The position numbers and the translations under genes are program-made. From the NCBI RefSeq assembly GCF_964213995.1, contig NC_135830.1:4712001-4776000 (forward strand): a stretch of 64,000 nt of DNA. The letters run 5' to 3'. The notes beneath the pieces were generated by a model. That model made no database searches, had not been told where the DNA came from, and saw nothing but the letters and a program-made list of their open reading frames with translations. This stretch comes from Mustelus asterias (lineage: Eukaryota). Below are positions 11,341-23,490 of this stretch, piece by piece. The first letter of the stretch is position 1. Every line of letters starts with the position of its first letter.

Positions 11341-12879
11341 ATTCATTCGTGGGTCATGGGCGTCATTGGCTGGCAAGAATTCATTGCCCATCCCGAGTTG
11401 CCGTTGGAGGGAATTGAGAGTCAACCACATTGCTGTGACTCTGGAGACACATGCAGGCCAGACCAGGTAAGGAGGGCAGATTTCCTTCCTTGATGGACAT
11501 GAGTGAACCAGATGTTTTCTTTCGACCATGACAATCGTTTCATGGTCATCAGTAGTTTCTTAATTCCTGGTATTTTTCATTAAATTCAAATTCCACCATC
11601 TGCCATGGCGGGTTCCCAGAACATTAACTATGTTTCTGAATTAATAGTCTCGCGATAATAGCACCAGGCCATCGCCTTCTCTCAGTCTGAGAAAAAATGT
11701 TTTAAAGCTTGCTTTTGGGACCGTCGTGTGGGAATTCTCATGTGACAATCATCTGATGGGGGGCGGTGGAAGGATTTGGGCCGGGGGGGAGGGGGGGAAG
11801 CGGCGGGGGGGCGGGGGGGGGATCCTGAGGAGAATTCCACAGACATTCACTTGGATATCATTATCATCTTGTGTGCTTAAGAAGGACTTTATGTGTTTAT
11901 GAGAACAATGAGTACAATGTACCTTGTAATCTGTGCTAATCTTGAAATCTGGATGCATTTGTTAAAATAAGAGGGGAGTAAAGGTGTATTGTACCATCAT
12001 CCAATTTTTACACGTTTCTTTATTTTTTTAATCGGAAAAACAGATTAGCTGTCCTGTGACTCTGTTCCTCCACGTTTTAATTCTTTTAAAAACGTAAATA
12101 TTAATGGGGGGTTTTTTGCGCCAGAATTCTATTCTGGAATCTTCCCATCGAGTTATAACATCAATTGGGATCGTAACAAATCATGCCTAAATTTAAACAT
12201 TTGGCGAATTTGCGATCAGTAATACTGCCGCTTCCTTTTAATGACATTATTTTATATGCTCCTCCTGCAATTCTCACAGTCATAGAATCATACAATCATG
12301 TCTACAGTGCAGAAGGAGGCCATTCAGTCCATAGAGTCTGCACCGACTCTCAGGCAAAGCATACAACAAGGCCCTATTCCCGAAATCTTATTAATTAATG
12401 ACTGAATTGTGTGATTTATTAAAAGGAGGTCCAAATGAATATTGTACAGGTGAATGGGAATAATTCACTCTAATTATCTGCTGCACTGAGAGCTCAGGAG
12501 AAAATGGAGTTGAGATCTTGTTGTTCAATTTCATATTTAAGAATAATTAATTATTAAGGCTAATTTTATTTCGATCTTTATATATAATTCTATCCTATGT
12601 CTGGCATAGCTTTGGGAGACAAGATATTGTTGTTAAGTTCAAAACAAATTTTAGACTTTAGTGATTAAATTTGTCTTTCAGAATTCCAAATATTTCTTTG
12701 TTAATCTTACACTGCCTTCACCTTCCTGCATTTGAAACTATCATATGAAAGACAACGACATTCAGTTCTCAGATTTAAAAGAAGATAAAAACAGTATTTA
12801 ATGACTATGTAATTGGATGCAAATTGAGAGAGGTGGATATTCAGTAAAACCTTGGTTTCCTCGTGCATCCGTCGCTGAA

Positions 12880-13565
12880 AGTAATGCACTGGTACAGCAG
12901 GCAGTAAAGAAGGGAAATGATTTGTTGGCTTTCATAGACAGAGGATTTGAGTGAAGAAATAGGAAAGTTTCACTGCAATTGCACAGGGACTTGGTGAGGC
13001 CACACCTGGAGCATTGTGAGCAGTTTTGCTGTCCCTATCTGAGGAAGGATGCCCTTGCTATAGAGGGAGAACAGCGAAGATTTACCAGGCTGATTCCTGG
13101 GATGGCATGTCTGTCATATGAGGAATATGAGGAGAGACTGAGTCGGTTAGGATTGTATTCGCTGGAGTTTAGAAGAGTGAGAGGGGATCTCATAGAAACT
13201 TATAAAATTCTGGAAGGGTTAGACAGGATAGATTCAGAAAGAATTTTGCCGTTGGTGGGCGAGTCCAGAACCAGGGGTCATTGTTTGAGGTGAGGAACAT
13301 TTTCTTCACACTGAGAGTGATTTCTTTTGTGATAGTGAATTTTGTGAAATTCACTACCAGAAAAAGTAGTTGATGTCAAAATATTGTGTGATTTCAAAAG
13401 GAAATTAGAGAGAGCTCTGGGGCGAAACGGGTCAAGAGATATGGGGAAAGCGGGGATCAAGATATTGAATTCGATGATCAGCCACGATCATAATGGATAG
13501 TGGTGCAGGATCGAATGGCCGAATGGCCAACTCCTTCTTCTAATATCTATGTTTTTATGTTTCTA
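12880..13565 (+). mobile_element. CR1 LINE 3' fragment
   Basis: RPHLEHCEQF...RGDLIETYKIL; TTTCTATG tail. Confidence 0.82.
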
Positions 13566-14454
13566 TGTTTACTATTATCTTGCAATGGAAAAATAAATGA
13601 CATTGAAGGAATTACATGGTTGCGGCTGCGACAAAGTATTGAAGAGCAGGAGATATTCACCAATGGAAATTTATGACTTATATTTATGATCTGAGTACCT
13701 GCAAACATTAATTCAGCTCCCGTGATCAGGAATACGTCAATTAATTCAACACAGCTCACCAACCGGAAAACAACGGTGGAATCAGCATGTTTTATTAAAA
13801 TTATTTCAGAAATATTTCAAAATTCTCCTGTCTATAACAGTCTTCACTCACGTCAGTTATGCATAATGAACTGCAGAATTGTAAAACAAATGTTAAATTA
13901 TTAACAGATGGCGATTTTTAAAAATTACATATTTAATTAACGTTGAGAGACTTACCATACTTTAGTTGTTTCAATTAAATTCATTTTACTCTCCAATTTG
14001 CAAATTATACAGATTGTAATTGTATTCAAAATCACGTGCTAAATGAACGCTTAATGATCCAACATGCCATTTTCACTAATATTTCAATCATGCATGGAGG
14101 CATCATTTAAAACATAATTTTTCACTCTGAAACCGGCCCCTTTCATTCAACCAATCGCCTTTAAAAAGGTGCAACATTTGCATTTGATCAGAAAATATGC
14201 AACTGCTCCATGTCACTGTCTTTAAACAATGCAAAACCGCCAAAGAATTTCACAAACATTCATCATGCAAAGCAGGTCCGGAGCACACACTTTTCAAAAA
14301 CTAAACAACAAACCACTGCCTTATTCCCTTTCAAAGAGGAGCAACATGATTCTAAAAGGAGACTGCCAACAGCATGAAATATATTATGACAAGCAAATCG
14401 CAATGCAGCAGCCAGAAAGACATTGGTCACAGAACGAATGAATAATTCAAAAAA

Positions 14455-15269
14455 GTAAGAAGTCTCACAACACCAGGTAAAAGTCCAACAGGTTTATTTG
14501 GCAGCAAAAGCTTTCGGAGTATTGCTCCTTCTTCAAGTGAGTTAAGAGTTTTGTTCAGAAACAGGGCATACACAGACACAGATTCAATTTACCAGATCAT
14601 GGTTGGAATGCGAGTCTTTACAGGTAGTCAAGTCTTTACAGGTACAGACAATTGAGTGGAGAGAGGGTTAAGCACAGGTTGAAGACGTGTGAATTGTCTC
14701 CAGCCAGGACAGTTAGTGAGATTTTGCAAGCCCAGGCAATTCATGGGGATTACAGATAGAGTGACATGAACCCAAAATCAGAGGCTGAATGCCCGTCTTC
14801 GGGTAAGCGTTCTCCAAGGCGGCCTTCACGCCACATGACAACGCAGAATTGCTGAGCAGAAACTGATAGCCAAGTTCCGCACACATGAGGACGGCCTCAA
14901 CCGGGATCTCGGGTTCATGTCACACTATCTGTAACACCCACGACTTGCCTGGGCTTGCAAAATCTCAGTAACTATCCTGGCTGGAGACAATTCACACCTC
15001 TTTAACCTGTGCTTCACCCTCTCTCCACTAACATTGTCTCTACCGTAAATACTTGATTACCTCTAAAGACTCGTATTCCAACCATTATCTTGTAAATTGC
15101 GTCTGTGTCTATGTATGTCCTGTTTGTGAACGCAACTCTTCACTCACGTGAATAAAGAGCAATACTCCGAATGCATACGCTACCAAATAAACCTGTTGGA
15201 CTTTAACCTGGTGTTGTGAGACTTCGTACTGTGCTTATCCCAAATCCAACGCCGGCATCACCACATCAT
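14455..15269. mobile_element. Second Penelope-like element with inverted arms, in the J-CH1 intron
   Basis: Same termini (AGTAAGAAGTCTCACAACACCAGG...CCAACGCCGGCATC) and GIY-YIG tail (EQKLIAKFRTHEDGLNRD); more diverged. Confidence 0.82.
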
Positions 15270-16222
15270 AATTTTTTTTTAAAAACAGAGAATGGGAATA
15301 TTGGCGACAGCACTGTGAAAAACACAGAAACAAAGATAACAGGAGCAGGATTGGATGATTCGGCCCTTCGAGCCTGCAACGCTCTTCAGTCTAATCATGG
15401 TTGATTACCCAACTCCTGGTCCCTACCACAACGCCTCCCCACCCCCCCCTCCCCCCCCCTCCCCCTCCCCCCCCCCCCCACCACATATCCTTTGATGACT
15501 TTCGTCTCAGGAGCTATATTTAACTCCTTCTTGAAAACATACGATCTTTGGTCCTCAACTACTTTCTGTGAGTCGACGAAATATGTTTAACAAGCTAATA
15601 TTGTGACATTATAATTATTTATTAATATCTTATCATATAACCACAGTATGAGCATTATGGATATTGCAGTTTTATATAAATGTATATCTGAATAAGGGCA
15701 CCTAATAGAGCCTTTAATTGCGTTGAGATTTTTAATATTGCATGTGAGCATTCATGAGCGTTATATTAACACATGCTAATCCAATTATCACAAAAACTAC
15801 TTGATGAGAGAAATCTAACTGCTAAATATTTCTGACGACAGTGATATTGAAAACATATTTAAACATTTTGCTGTTTTCATTAGATCGGAAAAACTGTAGC
15901 AATCAGACGTCACCGAGGTGGCACACTGTAGAAACAACAATCTGTTTAACAGATATTCAAAGTAACCCGGACACAAAGCATACCCATAGATAAACACCAA
16001 GTCACAACAGTCAGGGACCGGATAGGTCAGCAGCACCCGTTGTCCACAAACAACGCACTTCTATAACCCCTTTCAGCAGAATCACATGCAATTGTAAAAA
16101 CAAATCTCAATACAGTGTCCACCAAACACACATTTCAGTGAACAAATGAAATTTCAAAATAGAGAAAAATATTTTAAAAAGACTCAAGCAGAACAGTAAC
16201 TAAATAAATGCGATGCGCTTAC

Positions 16223-16594
16223 CTGCAGTGACTGTCACTGCGGTTCCTGGTCCCCAGAAGTCGACGAAATTCGTCGCAGGTAATGATGTCTGCCATGCAC
16301 AGTAATAGATGGCGGTGTCTTCGCTCTTCAGGTTATTCATATCCAAAGTGAATATATTGGTTGAAAGCTCTTTGGACGCAACGAATCTATTCTGAATCCC
16401 TGGGGCGTACTTGTTGTTGGAGGAAGAAAGATAGAAAACCAACCACTCCAGCTCCTTTCCGGGAACGAGTCGGACCCAGTACATGTAAGCGTGAGAAAGA
16501 GGGAAGACGCCGGTTTTACAGGTCAGTCTCAGTGATCCTCCGGGTCGCCCGGTCGCTGCCTCCGGCTGAGTGAACACAACCTGCGTCTGGACAC
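16223..16594 (-). CDS. IGHV: Germline-joined IgH VDJ exon (VH + CDR3 [14 protein letters not shown] + [13 protein letters not shown])
   Basis: TTACAG acceptor; SLRLTC...WVR...LEW...EDTAIYYC runs directly into WGPGT with no intervening RSS; donor GTAAGC at 16222-16217; 372 nt in frame. Confidence 0.96.
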
Positions 16595-16720
16595 CTGTAA
16601 AAATATCAAAAACCCCGAGGATTAATCCGGGGGAAATAATTCCTGACTCTGAAACAATCCAGCAATAGAATAACACTGAGACAGTAACAGTGGGAGATTT
16701 GGACAATAACAACTACTCAC

Positions 16721-16766
16721 CGGATAAGAAAGTCAGCAACAAACTGAGAGAAATCGCCGAGCTCAT
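16721..16766 (-). CDS. IgH leader exon (MSSAISLSLLLTFLS-G; in-frame upstream ATG at 16778 adds MTRR)
   Basis: ATG at 16766-16764, hydrophobic signal peptide, phase-1 donor GTGAGT at 16720-16715, 126-nt intron to the V exon. Confidence 0.9.
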
Positions 16767-16853
16767 CCTTCTTGTCATTTGGAGGAAATGGTTTTGTCAA
16801 AAACTCAGTGAACAAACCAGCTCCCGGACTGTTGGATTCCCGTCCCAGTGAAC

Positions 16854-16883
16854 GGTATTTAAATACCCGGCAGAAGGGGGCGG
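16854..16883 (-). promoter_or_regulatory. Putative VH core promoter: TATA-like TATTTAAATA inside the palindrome GGTATTTAAATACC, plus GC box
   Basis: ~90 nt upstream of the leader ATG; GGGGGCGG at 16876-16883; no octamer nearby, as expected for shark VH promoters. Confidence 0.6.
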
Positions 16884-17219
16884 TTTCCCAGGCGCCGCCT
16901 GTTGATTCCCTGCTGGAGGCGGTGACTGGATCCAGGTCCTATTTTCCACACCCTCAACAAAATGGACTCCGAGATTTACATTAGGTTAATATTAAACTGG
17001 ACATTTTAGCTGTATTTTGATATTTGTTTGGATGAATGGACTCAGTGTAATGTCTTCATTATTTCGAATGGTGACATTGTAATTCATAATCTCTTCACAA
17101 AATAAACAAATTCCATTGTATCTATAGTCCATTTATTTCCACACTGCTTAGCGAGCAAGCAAAACTAAAAATGATTAAAGTACATTTTCAGAGAACAAAG
17201 AGACTGTCAGTCTATTTTA

Positions 17220-17900
17220 CAACAATTCCGGATCTCTAAAAGGTCGGATAATGTAGTCAAGAAAGCATACGGCATTCTTGCCTTCATCGGTCGGGGCATT
17301 GTGTTGGGGAATTTGCAGGTCATGCTCAGCTGTACAGAACCTTATTAGGCCTCATTTAGAATATGGTGTACAATCCTGGTTCCCCACTGCATGAAGGATA
17401 CTGATGCTTTGGAGAGGGTACAACAAATGTTTACCAGGACGTTGCCCGGATTGGGAGGGTATTGTCTATGAGGAGAAGTTGGATAAACTCGGCATGTTAT
17501 CATTGGAACGACGGAGGTTATGGGGTGACCTGAAAGAGGTTTACAAGATTATGAGTGGTATGGGCTGAGTGGATAGTCAGATGTTCTTTCCTAGGGCAGA
17601 AAAGGTAAGTACTGGGGACATAGGTTTAAGGTGCGTGGGGAAAGATTTAGAGGAGATGTGCGAGGCACATTTTCTACACAGAGGGTGGTGAATGTCTGCA
17701 GCGCGCTGCCCGGGGAAGTGGTGGGAGCAGGTACGATAGCGGCATTGAAGGGTCAACTTGACGTTGAAATACATGAATAGGGTGGGAATGGAAGGATATG
17801 GACTTCGTAAGTGCATACGATATTAGTTTAGGCAGGCATCATGATCGGTGCTAGTTTGGAGGGACGAAGGGTCAGTTCCCATGCTGTACTTTTCTTTGAA
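17220..17900 (+). mobile_element. CR1 LINE 3' fragment upstream of the VH promoter
   Basis: Degenerate CR1 C-terminal coding region and 3' UTR. Confidence 0.75.
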
Positions 17901-20900
17901 CTTTGTTCCATCACGTGAAAATAATTGAGAATAATTTATCCGAGAATCCGTTTCGATCTCTGTGACTAAATGCGGGGGGTGAACAAAGTCATGGTATTTA
18001 CAGTGTAGATGCCTGTCACTGTGACATTTGGATTTGGAGATAAGAATAAACTTTATATTATACAGTGTCTCCTGTCATTTCTCAAAATGCCCCTGAGTGG
18101 AAGACAGTCCTGTGAAAATTCACGGTAAAAGAAAACCGCCTCCCTGATAAGTCAATATTGAGTTGCAGAGAATCATAAAATTGGCTTCGACTTTGACAGA
18201 GAATTTAATGAATCAGAATGGAAACGGCGATCAGCAAAGTTCTCCCTCAGCATCCAAATCATTGCAGCTCACTTTATTGGCCACCATCTGTCTACCATTC
18301 ACTGGTATTGGGAACGCTGCATATCAGACTTTGCAGCATATTACACAATATCATAAGAATAAATGTTTCATCTTCCATTGAACCAGGTTATGAACTGGTC
18401 ATTTCTCCACTCTTGGCAGCTATGAGATGAACTGCTATATGATCGAATTCAAGCTATACTGTAGAACAGAGCAAGGTGCTCATCAGCTGTATGAGACTCT
18501 GCTGTTGAAGTGAGGTGCAGAACTTGCAGAATATTCCAGGATGCCCCACTGTTCAAGGCAGTTTTATGATTGACTTTTAATTTCTCTTGTTTTCATTTTT
18601 CTTTTCCATGACACTGATCTCATTAGACTGGTTAAGTCCAACATCTCTCTGGCACTTGATGAAGTTGTTTACAAACAGGGTTTAATTATTGGAATAACAT
18701 TTGCTTTAAAGTTGTAAAAATGAAATAGAATCTGCTCAGTTTACTATATTCTGATACTATTTTATCGCATAATGAACAGTGCATTCATTTAAAATATCTG
18801 TCTCGATAGAACACATCTGAAGTATATCTTCCTTGAGGAAATGAACGTTTAAATGGGCGAATCCCATTTTATCCATTCAGATTCACGCTAATCTGTCCCA
18901 AACAGTATTTGGCAGCAGTCCAGCCTGCCGCCAAGTGCACATAGTAATTTACAGGAAGCATCTGGGGATTTTGTTCGGTAAATCAAAAATCTGTTTCCAC
19001 AGTTCTGTCCGCTTGGCAGCAAGCCAACTTCAAACTCTTCACATTGTCAATGAGGCCTATTTATAAACAAATCTACGCAGCAACAGTACTGAGGGCAATT
19101 TAATCTTATCAAGTTGTAAACTAATGCGAGCTGTTCCCATTTCTCAGGAAAGGGACGTTATGCAGATTCTCTGGCACATTGTTAGCCGCAATGATAATCT
19201 CTCCAACACATCAGGACATTGTGATGGATGGATAGAAAGAAATACAGGCAGACTGTGGGAGATGATTCAGCGAGAGGAGATATGTTGTAATACATAAACA
19301 TATATATGTGTGTTTTATTTCCCTTTATTTTTCCATGGGATGTGGGATCACAGTCAGGACAAGTATTTCTTCCTTGTCTTAATTGTTCTTGAGCTGAGTG
19401 CTTTGCTACGGCATTCGAGAAGGCATTGAATGGTGAGCCGTTTTGCTGTCCATCTGCAGTCACACCATGATGACAACGGGTCAGCATGGCAGATTTCCTT
19501 CATTGGGGAATCAGAGAGGTTTCCCTGGTTGCTATTAGTATGTATTTCAGATTGATGAATTGCCATGGTCGGAGATAAACCCCTGTCCCCACATCATTGG
19601 CCTGGGCTTCTTGATAACTGGTTCAATTACTTTAATATTACGCCACCATCAGCCCAATAATTGAAAACGTCTTTCTGTATGTTATAATACGTTATGGAGT
19701 ATTTACTTGCAGATCCAATGCCGCAGTCAAAATCTAAAGGTAATGAATTGCCTTGGGCGTCCTTGAAATTGATGTACAGCTGGCCACTCCGCTGCCAAGG
19801 CAATGCATCTTTCAAATAACTGACTGAACTTCTCTCCTCTCTGTCTGTATCTCAGACTGTACCGAAATCAGATAACCCTTCTTCATTCTCTCAGTCTCCA
19901 TTAATTCACTTATACAGGTACCGAAGAGCCGCACCTGGCAGCTGGTAGGAAACAATGTTCATGGTTTTGCTTCTGGCATCTTGTGACGAAAAAGGTTGAG
20001 TCACAAAAATTCCATTAGAGGAAAATTCAGTGCCAGAAATAGACCAGGTCACCCACTTCACCTCTGGCCGCTCTTTCTCTCACACAACCCCGAACGCACG
20101 TTCTATTTTGGAATAACTCTGTCGGCAAAATTATTGCTTGAATGTTCTCTCTATTCTACCAGTCATTGTGTTCAGTCCCCTTCAGTTAATATATTAAAAC
20201 CCAGATGTTATCATTTCGTTTATTGTTTAAAATGGGAATGGGGGTGAATATAATGCTGAGACCCGCAGCAATCTGTGTAGCTGTTTTTCATGGTTTCAGG
20301 GTGAGTTCACCCTAACAGGCAGGAAGACTGTTCATGGTGATAGCATCAAACGGACACCACCTGTTTCATTCTTAGGTAATAGAACTTCCTGTTTCTCTGC
20401 TACCGGTTCCAAACCACACATCTCACTTTTGAGCACAAAATAAATCCAGGGGTCCCAATCTGGTATCAACATCTGTCAATGCGGCATATATCTGCCCACA
20501 GAATCAGGGCAGAGTCACATTGATCACATAACGGTGACATTTACAAATAAGCCAGTGGTGATCTGTTTAATGTTTCCATTCCTGGACGTAACTCGATGGT
20601 CAGTGGATGTTTCATTGAATTTTCTCAGTTCTCTGAAGGCGGGAAATGTTGGCTTGCTACCTTTCATTATTTGATCATGTCCCTTTCTTTGTTACTTCTT
20701 TGTTTCTCAGTTTTTATCTGTCAGCACCCCTTCTTTCGTTGTCATTTTAATTCTCCTATCTCCCCCGGTATCTCTCTCCATCTCCTGTGAGTACATGTAA
20801 TGAATGTGTTGAAAATAGTGAAGGTGTCAGTGGGGTAATTAAAGAGGGACCTTTTTAAATTTGCAGAAGAGTTGGTAACCAGTGGGCACAGATCCATGAT

Positions 20901-22028
20901 TTGAAAGGAAGGCAGAAGAACAATTGTGAACAGATTGAAAGGGTGATGGAATCAGGTTCAACAGTAACTTTGTAAAACAAATAAGGTAAATATTTTAATG
21001 GAGGTAAACTTCGAAGGATTATCGAAAATGGGACCATTTGAATGGTTCATCTATCTTATTGTCCCAGCATCCTTTCTGTATATATCCCTGGCTTCAAAGA
21101 ATTTGCATAAAATGCAATATTTATACAGCTGTCGTCTTGTGCTCACCCTGCCTTTTGACAGAATTTGACAGCATTTGTGTTCTGTGCACGTTGATAATTG
21201 CCAGAACCATTAATTATCACATTATTATTTACAAATCATCACTTTGAACATAATAGCACGAGCGAGAACTTGTTTGCGAAAAGCAGAAGTGCCCTTAACA
21301 CTTCTTGCACTGTTGTTTTTTCATCTGATGAATATTTGATGTTTAAACTTTTCAGTCATCATATGTCCCAAGTTGAAGAATTAAACTTTGGTTTCTACAA
21401 GCTGCCGGATGAAACCCTTCTCTGCCTGTTTCAACCGGGAACTGTTGATAAGAATGAGAAGGAACAGATCATTTTCTGTTCCTTTGACAGATTCAGCACT
21501 GTCACCTCCAATGTCAAAAATGCCTGTAGTCTGCCATGATTGTCCTCCTCTTGGGTATAACAGATTTTAGTCAGGTTGCGTCAGTCACTCCTGCACCTGT
21601 CATCATGAATCCGCTCCACGTTTGTCACACAAATCCCCATATCATTCAACATGACAAAGAAAACTGCACTAAGACCCTAAGAACCGTTGCTTCCCTATAT
21701 CAGACTCCCATCTGAGCCTGGGCCCAGCTGTCTCTGTTCTTGATGCACTGGAGCCGGTCATTCAAATACTGATGCTCGATTATTCTTTTTGGAAACCGTT
21801 ACACAATCAGTTCTGAATAAGAACCTTTATCTGGTATCCATAATTTGACTCGTACCTGTTATTATTGGACGAAGTATTTTTTTCGAGAAAGATCACACAA
21901 ATAACGGTTTATTCCAGTGTTATATCAGGTATTGTCTCTTATTCTATGTAGCCCGTATATTTGTTTAAGTTACTCTCACGGACAGTTTATGTCATCATTA
22001 CGTTAGTATATCTGTCTATATTAGATGA

Positions 22029-23020
22029 GTAAGAAGTCTCACAACACCAGGTTAAAGTCCAACAGGTTAATTTAGAATCACGACCTTTCAGAGTGCTGCG
22101 CCGTCATCAGGTGAGTGAAGGAACGGTCAAAAGCACGGCAAATATAGGCAAAGACGCAATTGCAAGATAATTACAGATTGAAATGTGAAGAATGCTTATA
22201 ATACAAATCTTTACAGGTAATCATGTCTTTACAGGTACAAACAGTGTGTGTGGAGAGAGGGATAATCATAGGTTAAAGTGGTTTGAATTATCTGAACGCA
22301 GGAGAGTTAGTAAGATTTTGCAATCCCAGGCAGTATGGTGGGGTTTCCAAGTAGTAGTGACATGAATCCAACATCCCGGTTGAGGCCGCCCTCATGCGTG
22401 CGGAACTTGGCTATCAGTATCTGCTCGGCGATTCTGCATTGTCGTGTGTCTTGAAAGCCGCCTTGGAGAGCGCCTACTCTAAAATCGGAGGCTGAATGTT
22501 GAATACTGCTGAAGTAAACATAAAAATAAAATGTATTTATTAGTCACAAGTAAGGCATACATTAGCACTGCAATGAAGTGCTGCCAAATTCCCCGAGTCG
22601 CCAAAGTCCAGCGTCTCTTTGGGTGAATGCACCTAACCAGCACGTCTTTCAGAATGTGGGAGGAAACCGCAGGAAACCCACGCAGAAACGGGGAGAACAT
22701 GCAAGTTCTACACATACAGTGACCCAAGCTGGCAATCGAACCCGGGGTTTCTAATACTATAGGTTGTGCTAACCACTGTGCTACCATGCGTCCGCTGAAA
22801 GGGTGATTGTTGTGCGGTGTCCATTCATCCATTGTCGTAGCGCCAGTATGGTCTCGGTTCAGGACGTCCTTTCCTGCAGCGTATGAAACAGACAACGTTG
22901 GCAGTGTCGCATGAGTATGTACTCTATACCTAGTGGGTGGTGTTCTCACCTGTGATGATGGTATTCGTGTGGATGATCCAGCATGTGGAGAGAGTGTCTC
23001 GCATAGTAAAACTGACACGG
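22029..23020 (-). mobile_element. Penelope-like element fragment interrupted by a SINE (~22520-22790)
   Basis: Same family terminus and reverse GIY-YIG sequence; the SINE core splits it. Confidence 0.7.
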
Positions 23021-23209
23021 GACCTATTCTATTTTGACCTAATTCTGGACATTGTGTAACAGAAGCTGAGACAAATTCTTGTGCAGTGAATGCAGACTAA
23101 GGCCTTAGATTAATAAAAATTTCGACATGGACAAGTACAGCAACACAAGAAACATCACACAGCACAATAAAAGCAAAGACAGGGGGTTGTTTGGTACAAA
23201 CAGGGAGGA

Positions 23210-23490
23210 GGCTACACTGCTGCCTCACAGTGCTAGGGACCCGGATTCGATTCCCGCCTTGGGTCACATTCCATGCAGAGTCTGCCCGTTTTCCCTGTGT
23301 CTGTGTAGGTTTCTGCCGGGTGCTCCGGTTTCTTCCCACAGTCGTGCCGGTTAGGTGCATTCGCCATGCTAAATTGTCCCTCACTGTTCCCGAACAGGCG
23401 CCGGAGAGTGGCGACTAGGGGATTTTCACAGTAACTTAATTGCAGTTTTAATGCAAGTCTACTCGTGACACTAATGAATACATTTTAAAA
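23210..23490 (+). mobile_element. V-SINE copy (others at ~24925-25150 -, 37425-37710 +, 50305-50600 +, 62490-62730 +)
   Basis: Shared tRNA-like head and V-domain core. Confidence 0.75.

Noticed and set aside
12817-14183. Octamer motifs (ATGCAAAT at 12817, ATTTGCAT at 14176) as an intronic enhancer
   Set aside because: The same 8-mer occurs several other times in the window, including inside repeats; not distinguishable from chance in AT-rich DNA
16595-16712. N-terminal extension of ORF 16200-16712 as part of the V protein
   Set aside because: It is the leader-V intron read through in frame; the true leader exon is 16721-16766
2946-16778. Identification as IgM1gj, IgNAR, IgW or UrIg
   Set aside because: All four C exons are Cmu-like including CH2, which IgM1gj lacks; the V has a full CDR2 and a conventional VH/JH pattern
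17993-18023. Possible RSS (GGTATTTAC...CACTGTG) upstream of VH
   Set aside because: 15-nt spacer and poor nonamer; no adjacent D or J coding segment
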